DNA of 63,282 nucleotides, the filler included. It is 5 parts of 5 records of this genome, joined end to end, with 100 filler letters (N's around TTAATTAATTAA, not from the genome) between each part and the next. Parts side by side here need not be neighbours in the genome. Positions count along the whole stretch, not along the records: positions 1 to 11,950 come from SRR20825019_1315; positions 12,051 to 17,240 come from SRR20825019_1322; positions 17,341 to 41,872 come from SRR20825019_1324; 2 more parts are not named here. The stretch is one strand, 5' to 3'. This document shows, piece after piece, positions 10,891-18,830 of the stretch; position 1 is the stretch's first letter, and each line of letters starts with the position of its first letter. The position numbers were made by a program, and so were the translations under genes. Under the pieces are notes generated by a model that was given only the letters and a program-made list of their open reading frames with translations, did no database searches and had not been told where the DNA came from.

Positions 10891-11069
10891 ATGTTTCATT
10901 TGGTTTCGATAATATAACAAATATATATAATTATCTTCAACATGAAAATAAACGAAACATAATATTGATATATAATGAATATATTGGTTGTATTTTTAGT
11001 TAAATCGTAGATCTAATTGGTGTTTGAATATTGTGTTTTTGAAAGGATAGTTTCGTTTCTTTATCTTTG
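10851..11069. promoter_or_regulatory. Divergent glpD/glpR promoters with repeated candidate DeoR/GlpR operator motif
   Basis: -7 boxes TATATTTG (minus, 10918-10925) and TATCTTTG (plus, 11062-11069); GTTTCRWT at 10851, 10893, 10903, 10951 (reverse) and 11050. Confidence 0.6.
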
Positions 11070-11086
11070 CCCATATTTTTATTCTT

Positions 11087-11860
11087 ATGAAAAGGCATCA
11101 GACTATACTCGATAAGCTAGACGAGGATAAACATGTGGAAGTTTTAGACTTGTGCATGATATTGGGAGTTTCGGCGGTTACTATTAGGAAAGATTTAAAA
11201 TTCTTGGAGGAAAAAGGGTTACTATTTAGAACCCATGGGGGTGCTTCGCTAAAAAACCCCTACGCCAATGACAGGTCAGTCATTGAAAAGGAGAAGATTT
11301 CCGTTATCGAAAAAACGGGAATAGCCAATGCGGCTTCAGCTATTATATCAAATAACGATTCTATAATCATAGCATCAGGAACAAGTGTGCTGGCATTAGC
11401 CAAAGCCTTGGATCCTGAGAAGTGTTTAACTGTGGTGACTTCTTCTTTGAATATAGCCTTGGAACTTAGTAGAAATAAAAAAGTAAAGGTCTTGCAACTT
11501 GGAGGGTTTGTAAGACAAAGTTCATTTTCTGTAATTGGAGATTATGCTATTCAATTTTTGGATAATATGTCCTGTAGTAAGTTGTTTATGGGTGTAGATG
11601 GAATTGATTTGGAGTTCGGTCTTACTACATCTAATTTAGAAGAGGCTCGGCTTAATCAAAGAATGATAAACTCCTCCAATAAGCTAATTGTCTTGGCTGA
11701 TTCATCAAAATTTGGTATAAGGAGTTTTGCTAAAATCTGCCCTTTAAATAAGATTGATTTAATTATAACAGATAAAAATATATCGCAGCAAATGTTAAAA
11801 AAACTAGAAGAAAAAGGGATAAGTGTGCAAATTGTTGGTAAAGAAATAAAAAATGACTGA
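11087..11860 (+). CDS. glpR: DeoR/GlpR-family repressor
   Basis: VSAVTIRKDL HTH, RTHGGA, ADSSKFG; divergent from glpD. Confidence 0.88.
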   Translation: MKRHQTILDKLDEDKHVEVLDLCMILGVSAVTIRKDLKFLEEKGLLFRTHGGASLKNPYANDRSVIEKEKISVIEKTGIANAASAIISNNDSIIIASGTSVLALAKALDPEKCLTVVTSSLNIALELSRNKKVKVLQLGGFVRQSSFSVIGDYAIQFLDNMSCSKLFMGVDGIDLEFGLTTSNLEEARLNQRMINSSNKLIVLADSSKFGIRSFAKICPLNKIDLIITDKNISQQMLKKLEEKGISVQIVGKEIKND

Positions 11861-11921
11861 ATATTTTTATTACTCTTATAGATTCATTAAGAACTGTTTA
11901 GGGCTAGAATGGAAAATTTCA

Positions 11922-11950
11922 GGACTATCTCATAAAGTGTGTAAATAGAA
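11922..11950 (+). mobile_element. IS256-family terminal inverted repeat; element continues off the contig end
   Basis: GGACTATCTCATAAAGTGTGTAAATAGAA, an inverted copy of positions 11-39. Confidence 0.7.
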
Positions 11951-12050
11951 NNNNNNNNNNNNNNNNNNNNNNNNNNNNNNNNNNNNNNNNNNNNTTAATT
12001 AATTAANNNNNNNNNNNNNNNNNNNNNNNNNNNNNNNNNNNNNNNNNNNN
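11951..12050. other. Artificial contig spacer
   Basis: N-runs around TTAATTAATTAA (stops in all six frames). Confidence 0.99.
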
Positions 12051-12425
12051 TTAAAGAAATTTAATGAAAAATCTACTATTAACACTATTGTAAAAACTAC
12101 TATAGATGCTCTTTTAGCATCAAAAGGGAGTGCTTCAATAAGCAAAATCCTTAAAGAAGATCTGTCCAAACGACGGCAACTTGAGAGAAATTTTATTAAA
12201 CAAATTGGTGTAAGTCCGAAACAATTAGGCAAAGTAATCCGACTACAAACGGCTCTCAAAATGTTGCTCAACAAAGACTCAGGAAGTCTAACTGACATTG
12301 CCTATGAAAGTGAATATTTTGACCAAGCACACTTTATAAAAGACTTTAAAGAATTTACTGGAATCAACCCAAAGGAGTTTTTAGGTAATGAAAACATGAC
12401 GCTTTCTACTCTTTTCTACAAATAG
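12051..12425 (+). CDS. AraC-family regulator, C-terminal part (5' truncated by contig edge)
   Basis: Translates to ...KRRQLERNFIKQIGVSPKQ...SLTDIAYESEYFDQAHFIKDFKEFTGINP...; TAG at 12423-12425. Confidence 0.9.
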   Translation, partial: LKKFNEKSTINTIVKTTIDALLASKGSASISKILKEDLSKRRQLERNFIKQIGVSPKQLGKVIRLQTALKMLLNKDSGSLTDIAYESEYFDQAHFIKDFKEFTGINPKEFLGNENMTLSTLFYK

Positions 12426-12431
12426 TCAGCG

Positions 12432-12476
12432 TGTCGCATTTTTACAATTTTGATTTATACAAGTAAACTAAATTTG
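12432..12476 (+). promoter_or_regulatory. Candidate AraC-activated promoter of the VOC gene
   Basis: TGTCGCATTTTTACAA (12432-12447) lies 21 bp upstream of the -7 box TAAATTTG (12469-12476). Confidence 0.5.
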
Positions 12477-12500
12477 TCCTATCAAATTAAACAAAACTGT

Positions 12501-12995
12501 ATGAATAAGGGCATGCTTTGTGCAATTGTATTACTATCTATAAATATAGTTGCATGCAACAATCAAAATAAATCAAAAACAGAATCTTACGCGGTTGAAT
12601 CTAATCTAAATCAAAAAACTATAGAAATGAAAAGTCATATTTCAATTTTTGAAATTCCTGCAACGGATATTTCAAGGGCAGTAAATTTTTATCAAGCAAT
12701 TTTAAATATTAATATTGAAAAAATAGAAATGCCAGGAATGGAGATGGGAATATTTCCATACGAAGAACAAATGGTAACAGGAGTAATTATAAAAGGAGAT
12801 GGATACAAACCTTCTGCTGATGGAGTAACAATATACCTAAATGGCGGAGACAATTTTCAAAACATTCTTGATAAAGTTGAAAAGAATGGCGGAAAAATCC
12901 TTATGCCGAAAACAGCCCATGCAGATGAAAATGGATTTTTTGCTTTATTTTTGGATACAGAAGGAAATAGACTTGGTTTAAACTCCTCAAATTAA
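12501..12995 (+). CDS. VOC/glyoxalase-family protein with lipoprotein-like N-terminus
   Basis: FEIPATDISRAVNFY and FLDTEGNRLGL motifs; IVA-C lipobox-like signal. Confidence 0.85.
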   Translation: MNKGMLCAIVLLSINIVACNNQNKSKTESYAVESNLNQKTIEMKSHISIFEIPATDISRAVNFYQAILNINIEKIEMPGMEMGIFPYEEQMVTGVIIKGDGYKPSADGVTIYLNGGDNFQNILDKVEKNGGKILMPKTAHADENGFFALFLDTEGNRLGLNSSN

Positions 12996-13568
12996 GTAGA
13001 AAAGAGCGAACGCTCAGCAATGTTTATAGGTAATAGCAGTAAACAGTGTTTTTCTTTGTAACATAGTAACTCCATAACTTTTAACTAGAACCGTTGTCAA
13101 CATCTATACGTTAACAACGTTCTTAAGCTATATATAACTCTTATTTTGAATTCCACGAGAGCTTACTCCAAAATATTTTACTAAAAAACTTGTGTCCTAC
13201 TTACTTGTAAGAATTACCTATGCCACACAGTAAGAAATAAATTATGAATTTAAATTCATCTTAAAACACTTTTAGTTTACTAAAAGCTCTGTGTTTTTAT
13301 GTTTGAAGTGGTTTATTCAATTCAAAATCAATAAAATCTACAAGGCCTTATAATTTTCTTCTATTATGATAGCTCCCTTACACAATTTAATAAATTTTAA
13401 CATTTTATATTTAAATAGTTGACTGTGAGTTTATTGTGTGTTTTTAGTGATGGGTTATTTTAATTTTTCGATAAAAGTACATGTGACCTTTTCAAAAAAC
13501 GTGTGTCTTATAATATAGAGAAGCAAACGCCAAAACATATAATAAGATATAAATTAAATAGATAAATA

Positions 13569-13688
13569 ATGGAAATGGTTTTTTTACTTATTCAATTTTT
13601 AATTTTGCCAGGATTAATTTTTTTGATTTTGATTAGTTGGTTTGATTACAAAAAGTCTAGAGAAACTTATATGAAGTTGAAAAAATGA
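13569..13688 (+). CDS. Small single-pass membrane peptide (39 aa), below the ORF-track cutoff
   Basis: MEMVFLLIQFLILPGLIFLILISWFDYKKSRETYMKLKK; A-rich leader, terminator downstream. Confidence 0.5.
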   Translation: MEMVFLLIQFLILPGLIFLILISWFDYKKSRETYMKLKK

Positions 13689-13748
13689 AATGATAAGTAA
13701 GAAATTGCAATAGTTGTTACATTATGAGGGTTTTGTAGCAATAATTTC

Positions 13749-13792
13749 CAAAACAGTAGCGCTTAAGATTAATTTCTTAAGCGCTGTTTTTT
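13749..13792. terminator. Probably bidirectional intrinsic terminator
   Basis: AGCGCTTAAGA-ttaatt-TCTTAAGCGCT stem with A and T tracts, between convergent ORFs. Confidence 0.8.
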
Positions 13793-15306
13793 TATCGCAT
13801 GGCTTTACTTAAGATTCCCATAACACCTCTTATAAAAGTAGCACTTGTTAGCACTTTTATAATAGGATTCATAGCCGAACTTTTTCGAGTAGAAGTTCTC
13901 GAAGTCTTTTTTTGTTCTTCTTTTGCTTTTTGCTGAGCCTCCTCAGTTTGTGCTTTTTCAATTTTTTTATTTAGAAGTTCATACGCACTTTCACGATCTA
14001 CTACCTCATTGTATTTTGGAATTAATTTAGACGCACTAATTACTTGTTTTACTTCAGTATCTGTTAAAATATCCATTCTACTCATAGGAGCTCTTAACAT
14101 AGTTGCAGCTAAAGGTGTTGGTCGCCCTTTTTCATCTAAAGCAGAGATGAGAGCCTCTCCAATTCCGAGTGAAGTAAGCACTTCTGAAGTATTGTAAAAA
14201 TCTGAAATAGGGTAATTCTCTGCAGTTAGTTTTATTGCTTTTCGGTCTTTTGCAGTAAAAGCACGTAATGCATGTTGAATTTTTAATCCGAGTTGAGAAA
14301 GTACAGCATCTGGAACATCAGTTGGGTTTTGCGTTACAAAATAGAGTCCAATTCCTTTAGAGCGAATTAGTTTTACAATACTCTCTATTTGGTCTAAAAG
14401 TGCGTCTGAAGCCTCATTGAAAATAAGGTGTGCTTCGTCTATAAATATAACAAGCTCTGGACGGTCGCTATCTCCTTGTTCAGGAAAAGTAGCATAAACC
14501 TCGGCTAGTAGACTCAACATAAAAGTAGAAAAAAGTTTAGGCTTGTCTTGTATATCTGTTAATCGGATTATGTTTATAATTCCTTTACCATTCTCATCAA
14601 TACGGGTAAGATCTTCTACATCAAAAGATTTTTCACCAAAAAATAGGTCAGCTCCTTGTTGTTCTAATTCTATAATTTTACGTAAGATAGCTCCAGTAGA
14701 AGATGTTGAAATTCGCCCATAGGCTTCTTGGAATTCTTCTTTTCCTTCGGAAGTACAGTATTGTAATATTTTTTTGAAGTCTTTTAAATCAAGAAGCGGA
14801 AGCTGGTGGTCGTCACAATATTTAAAAAGCACCGCTACAATTCCTTGTTGCGTATCTGTTAGGTCTAAAATCCGAGATAGTAAAATAGGACCAAATTCAG
14901 AGATGGTAGCACGAAGTCGCACTCCGTTCTGTTCGGATAAAGTAAGGATGTCTATAGGAAATTTTTTTGCTTCGTATGGAAATCCAATTTTGGTATGTCG
15001 CTCTTGTATTTTAGCATTATCATTTCCGGGTTGTGCTAGTCCGCTAAGGTCTCCCTTTAAATCCATCAACAAAACTGGAATTCCTTTTTCCGAAAGATTT
15101 TCGGCTAGAATTTGAAGTGTTTTTGTTTTTCCGGTTCCTGTGGCACCGGCTATGAGTCCGTGTCGGTTTAAAGTTTTTAGAGGGATTTTAACCAAGGCAT
15201 TTGTTAGCGGGTCACCATCAAGCATGGCGGCTCCCATGCTTATATAATCACCTTTAGTTTTATAACCTTCTTCTATATGTTGAAAAAAAGCGTCTTTATT
15301 GCTCAT
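13792..15306 (-). CDS. DUF853 / HerA-like P-loop ATPase (YjgR family)
   Basis: NRHGLIAGATGTGKT Walker A, FIDEAH Walker B, VTQNP, QHALRAFT. Confidence 0.92.
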   Translation of the reverse strand: MSNKDAFFQHIEEGYKTKGDYISMGAAMLDGDPLTNALVKIPLKTLNRHGLIAGATGTGKTKTLQILAENLSEKGIPVLLMDLKGDLSGLAQPGNDNAKIQERHTKIGFPYEAKKFPIDILTLSEQNGVRLRATISEFGPILLSRILDLTDTQQGIVAVLFKYCDDHQLPLLDLKDFKKILQYCTSEGKEEFQEAYGRISTSSTGAILRKIIELEQQGADLFFGEKSFDVEDLTRIDENGKGIINIIRLTDIQDKPKLFSTFMLSLLAEVYATFPEQGDSDRPELVIFIDEAHLIFNEASDALLDQIESIVKLIRSKGIGLYFVTQNPTDVPDAVLSQLGLKIQHALRAFTAKDRKAIKLTAENYPISDFYNTSEVLTSLGIGEALISALDEKGRPTPLAATMLRAPMSRMDILTDTEVKQVISASKLIPKYNEVVDRESAYELLNKKIEKAQTEEAQQKAKEEQKKTSRTSTRKSSAMNPIIKVLTSATFIRGVMGILSKAMR

Positions 15307-15421
15307 CTTGAAATTATTTGCTATTGAACATGTTTACTAAAATAAGGTAAAGTTTGCTAAGTTGAAAGGAGTATTTTTTTATAGTGTTACCATTAGTAAG
15401 CGTACGCTAATTATTGATGCT

Positions 15422-15462
15422 AGCCCTGATTGAGCTAACTACCGTGTAGTAGCGAAAGCAGG
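15422..15462 (+). ncRNA. Flavo-1-like structured RNA repeat
   Basis: AGCCCTGATTGA-GCTAACTAC-cgt-GTAGTAGC-GAAAGCAGG; CCUG/CAGG outer stem with AUUGA/GAAAG internal loop, like the flavobacterial Flavo-1 motif as recalled. Confidence 0.6.
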
Positions 15463-15532
15463 AAATGGCGACTCCAAAAAAGCAATAGGAAATGGCTACT
15501 AAAAATAAAAAAGGAAAACGTATCTTTGCGGC

Positions 15533-16165
15533 ATGACAAAAGAAGCGATCTTAGCGAAGGTAAATGCGGGGGAAATGCTCCCGTTGATGGAGGAGTTTTA
15601 TACCATCCAGGGAGAGGGGTTTTACAAAGGGACAGCAGCTTATTTTATTAGAATAGGAGGCTGTGATGTGGGTTGCCATTGGTGCGATGTTAAGGAAAGT
15701 TGGAATGCCGAAACCCACCCGCCAACAGCGGTTGATACTATTGTAGAGAATGCTGCAAAATACTCAGATACTATTGTAATTACTGGAGGAGAGCCGCTTA
15801 CTTGGGATATGACGTTTATTACTTCTGAATTAAAAAAGCGAGGCTTGAAAACGCATATTGAAACTTCTGGAGCGTATGAATTAACAGGAGAATGGGATTG
15901 GATTTGCCTTTCGCCAAAGAAAATGAAGTTGCCAACTGCAAAAGTGTACGAAAAAGCGAACGAGCTTAAATGTATTGTTTATAATAAAAATGATTTTGAG
16001 TTTGCTGAAGCTCAAGCTGAAAAGGTAGGAAAAGACTGCATTTTATACTTACAACCAGAATGGAGTAAACGTGATAAGATGATTCCAGAGATAGTGGAGT
16101 ACGTAATGAAGAATCCGAAATGGAAAGTGTCTTTACAAACCCATAAATACTTGAATATTCCTTAG
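15533..16165 (+). CDS. queE: 7-carboxy-7-deazaguanine synthase (radical SAM)
   Basis: EEFYTIQGEG, CDVGCHWCD, TGGEP, QTHKYL motifs. Confidence 0.93.
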   Translation: MTKEAILAKVNAGEMLPLMEEFYTIQGEGFYKGTAAYFIRIGGCDVGCHWCDVKESWNAETHPPTAVDTIVENAAKYSDTIVITGGEPLTWDMTFITSELKKRGLKTHIETSGAYELTGEWDWICLSPKKMKLPTAKVYEKANELKCIVYNKNDFEFAEAQAEKVGKDCILYLQPEWSKRDKMIPEIVEYVMKNPKWKVSLQTHKYLNIP

Positions 16166-16196
16166 TTGAAAGTTGAAAATTGCTTCCTATATGTTG

Positions 16197-16904
16197 TTAT
16201 TTTTTAGTGAGTTGGGCTAGGTAATCGTAATGTTTGCCTTCGGCTAGGAGATTACATTGGAGTCCTACCATTTCGCAAAAGAGGCTTAAAGTATTAAAGT
16301 CTAAATACAGCCATGTTGTAGTTTCTGTTTCTCCTTTATATTTGAGGGTATAGGTAAGTTCGCCATAGTAATCATTATCCATAGGAATCCATTTTCCGCC
16401 ATCTTCATCCTCATCAAACATGTAGATAATATCTGTAGAATCGATAAGTATTTGTCCGTTATCAGTAAGTAAGTTTTTTAGGTGTGTTAGTTTTTCTGGA
16501 ACACTTTTATAGGTTCCAAAAATTCCAGTACCATTCATGAGCATTAAAATGGTATCATATTTTTTATCCTTTAGCTCGAAAACATCTTTTTGAAATGCAT
16601 CTTTAAGACCTCTTTTTTTAGCAACCTCAATAGCTCCAGCAGAAATATCAATAGCAGTTACAGAGTTTTTTTTAGTTTCTTGTAAGTATAATGCATGGCT
16701 CCCAGCACCGCATCCTATATCGAGGATATTACCAAAACTTTTATCTAAGGCTTTTTTCTCCAAAGGAGGCATCTCTTTATAACTTCTAAATAAATAGGAA
16801 ATAGGAAGAATATCTTCTTCGGAGATGGAGGTTTCGGTAAGAACTTCTTCTAAAAAATTATCAGAATAAAAGTCTACAATAGCTTTCCCGAGGAGGTCTT
16901 TCAA
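16197..16904 (-). CDS. Class I SAM-dependent methyltransferase
   Basis: ILDIGCGAG motif I; MLMNGTGIFG. Confidence 0.9.
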   Translation of the reverse strand: MKDLLGKAIVDFYSDNFLEEVLTETSISEEDILPISYLFRSYKEMPPLEKKALDKSFGNILDIGCGAGSHALYLQETKKNSVTAIDISAGAIEVAKKRGLKDAFQKDVFELKDKKYDTILMLMNGTGIFGTYKSVPEKLTHLKNLLTDNGQILIDSTDIIYMFDEDEDGGKWIPMDNDYYGELTYTLKYKGETETTTWLYLDFNTLSLFCEMVGLQCNLLAEGKHYDYLAQLTKK

Positions 16905-16907
16905 AGT

Positions 16908-17240
16908 TTATTTATTAATGTTGACATAATATTTAAAGAAAGTAATTAAATCGTCTTCTTTCTTTAAATTCAATTTCTTTTCTTTTACAAATTTATCTAA
17001 TTGTTTGTTATCAAACTGTTTTAAAATCTTTTTTGTGTTACTCTCCAGAGGAATAGCATAAGAACTTCCTTTTAACTTTATAAAGTAATCTTCGTTATCG
17101 CTAAACTTAGCAGGTTTATCTTTTTGGTAACCTGTGTTTGCTTTTTCTGGTGGATAATATATTTTGGTGTATTTGTTTAAAAGCATATCATCTGCTGTAC
17201 AGAAAAGACAAACCATATATCCAGTCTTCTTTTCATTTTT
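16908..17240 (-). CDS. Hypothetical protein, C-terminal part (5' truncated)
   Basis: Reading frame runs toward the contig edge; ends FVKEKKLNLKKEDDLITFFKYY. Confidence 0.6.
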   Translation of the reverse strand, partial: KNEKKTGYMVCLFCTADDMLLNKYTKIYYPPEKANTGYQKDKPAKFSDNEDYFIKLKGSSYAIPLESNTKKILKQFDNKQLDKFVKEKKLNLKKEDDLITFFKYYVNINK

Positions 17241-17340
17241 NNNNNNNNNNNNNNNNNNNNNNNNNNNNNNNNNNNNNNNNNNNNTTAATTAATTAANNNN
17301 NNNNNNNNNNNNNNNNNNNNNNNNNNNNNNNNNNNNNNNN
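17241..17340. other. Artificial contig spacer
   Basis: N-runs plus TTAATTAATTAA; sequence turns from AT-rich to GC-rich across it. Confidence 0.99.
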
Positions 17341-17460
17341 GATCGGCCTGTCGCCGGTGTTGCGCACCTTCAGTGTCGTGGTCGGATATCCGGCATTGAT
17401 CTCAATGTCGCCCTTGGCGAGAACCAGCCCACCAACCGGTGTTTTCTTTTCATCAGACAT
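17341..17460 (-). CDS. ureB: Urease beta subunit, N-terminal part (3' truncated)
   Basis: MSDEKKTPVGGLVLAKGDIEINAGYPTTTLKVRNTGDRPI; directly follows ureA. Confidence 0.92.
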
Positions 17461-17487
17461 TTGAAATACCCCTCTCGGCAGCGCGGT

Positions 17488-17790
17488 TTACTGAATCGGA
17501 TCGTGAATGGTGACCAGACGGCTGCCATCGGTAAACACGGCCTCCACCTGCACATAGGGGATCATCTCGGCGACCCCCTCCATGATGTCGTCACGCGTGA
17601 TTTCCTTGCGCGCGATCTCCATGACCTCTTCAACGGTCTTTCCGGCGCGTGCGCCGTTGAGCGCCGCCACGGAAATCAGCGAAACCGTTTCGGGATGATT
17701 GAGCTTTAAACCCTGATCCTTGCGCTGTTGCGCGACCTGCGCGAGCGTGTAGATAAGCAGTTTATCGATCTCTCTAGGCGTAAAATGCAT
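17488..17790 (-). CDS. ureA: Urease gamma subunit
   Basis: 100 aa from ATG 17790: [11 protein letters not shown]...GLKLNHPE...[27 protein letters not shown]. Confidence 0.96.
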   Translation of the reverse strand: MHFTPREIDKLLIYTLAQVAQQRKDQGLKLNHPETVSLISVAALNGARAGKTVEEVMEIARKEITRDDIMEGVAEMIPYVQVEAVFTDGSRLVTIHDPIQ

Positions 17791-18024
17791 ATGCGTTTCC
17801 CCTGTCAGAATGGCTGAACACGACGACCGTTCGTCATCGTTGAAAACAAGCGGCAGGCAACATCCTGAATGCTCTCCACCCTGCCGCAACCCTTTGTTCA
17901 CGCCCCCGGAAGTGAGCGAAAGAGAACATGGATTACACCCGCATGTGCCGGCTGACCCTGCCGGCGCGGCTTTAAAAGGTAACTCGTATCAGTTTACCAG
18001 TAAACTGAAACTGACCTTCTTTTG

Positions 18025-18044
18025 AACTGTCAGGATTGACAGTT
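18025..18044. promoter_or_regulatory. lux-box-like operator between ureA and the luxR-family gene
   Basis: AACTGTCAGGATTGACAGTT: 20-bp dyad with CTG at 3-5 and CAG at 16-18; contains TTGACA facing the regulator gene. Confidence 0.75.
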
Positions 18045-18095
18045 GCTAGGTTGTGTCGACATGTTGCATCATCCTTACCCATGTGACCGGAATTA

Positions 18096-18815
18096 ATGCT
18101 CAAAGAACTTGCAAACGCTTGCGCCGTGATCGCAAACGCTGAAAGCCTGCCTGATCTGGAGGCTGCTCTTACGAAAGCGATAAATGAGCTGGGTTTCATC
18201 AGCTACAATATCAGCCTGAACCGCAGCGACCCTTTGCAGTTCATGGAAAGGCCGCTTCTTACGTCATGGACGACGCGCGACCTCGATACCTACGTCAATG
18301 ACAGGTGGTTCGACCGTGACCCGCTGATGTCACACCTCAAGCAAAACACGGCGCCCCTCTTCTGGAAACCAGACATGTGGAATGGCACGCCCTATCAGGA
18401 ATATTCCGAATATGTGCGTTACCAGGGTATTGCCGGCGGCGCGACACTGCCGCTGTTTGCCTCGCCGGGTAAATTCAGCGCCATTACCCTGCTGACAATC
18501 GACGGGTCGCTTCATACCCCTGATACGGCACATGCGATTTCCATCCTGACCAGTGTGGCAACCGCGCGTATGACTGCCTTCACCGAAGGCCTGCCCGGTC
18601 AGTACAATATTCACGGTTTCAAGAAGCTTTCAGGACTGCAGGTGGAAATCCTCAGCTGGATCGCAAAAGGAAAAACCAATAGTGAAATCGCCCTGATCGT
18701 CGGTCGCACCGAACGCGCCATCGCCTATCATGTGAGCGAGATACTGGCCAAGATCTCGGTCAGCTCCCGCGCTCAGGCTGCCGCATTCTACGCCGCAATC
18801 GGATTGCGCGACTGA
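18096..18815 (+). CDS. LuxR-family regulator with autoinducer-binding domain (solo; no luxI adjacent)
   Basis: Y...DP...W...G pocket pattern; C-terminal HTH ILSWIAKGKTNSEIALI. Confidence 0.92.
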   Translation: MLKELANACAVIANAESLPDLEAALTKAINELGFISYNISLNRSDPLQFMERPLLTSWTTRDLDTYVNDRWFDRDPLMSHLKQNTAPLFWKPDMWNGTPYQEYSEYVRYQGIAGGATLPLFASPGKFSAITLLTIDGSLHTPDTAHAISILTSVATARMTAFTEGLPGQYNIHGFKKLSGLQVEILSWIAKGKTNSEIALIVGRTERAIAYHVSEILAKISVSSRAQAAAFYAAIGLRD

Positions 18816-18830
18816 TCTTTCCTCAATTGC

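Noticed and set aside
13792-15306. HerA-like ATPase as an antiphage system
   Set aside because: It is DUF853/YjgR type with no nuclease or Sir2 partner, among housekeeping genes.
15306-15533. preQ1 riboswitch upstream of queE
   Set aside because: No consensus match, and the promoter abuts the start codon.
17819-17845. Guanidine-II riboswitch in the ureA leader
   Set aside because: Only one ACGG-loop hairpin, closed by A-U, with no partner hairpin.
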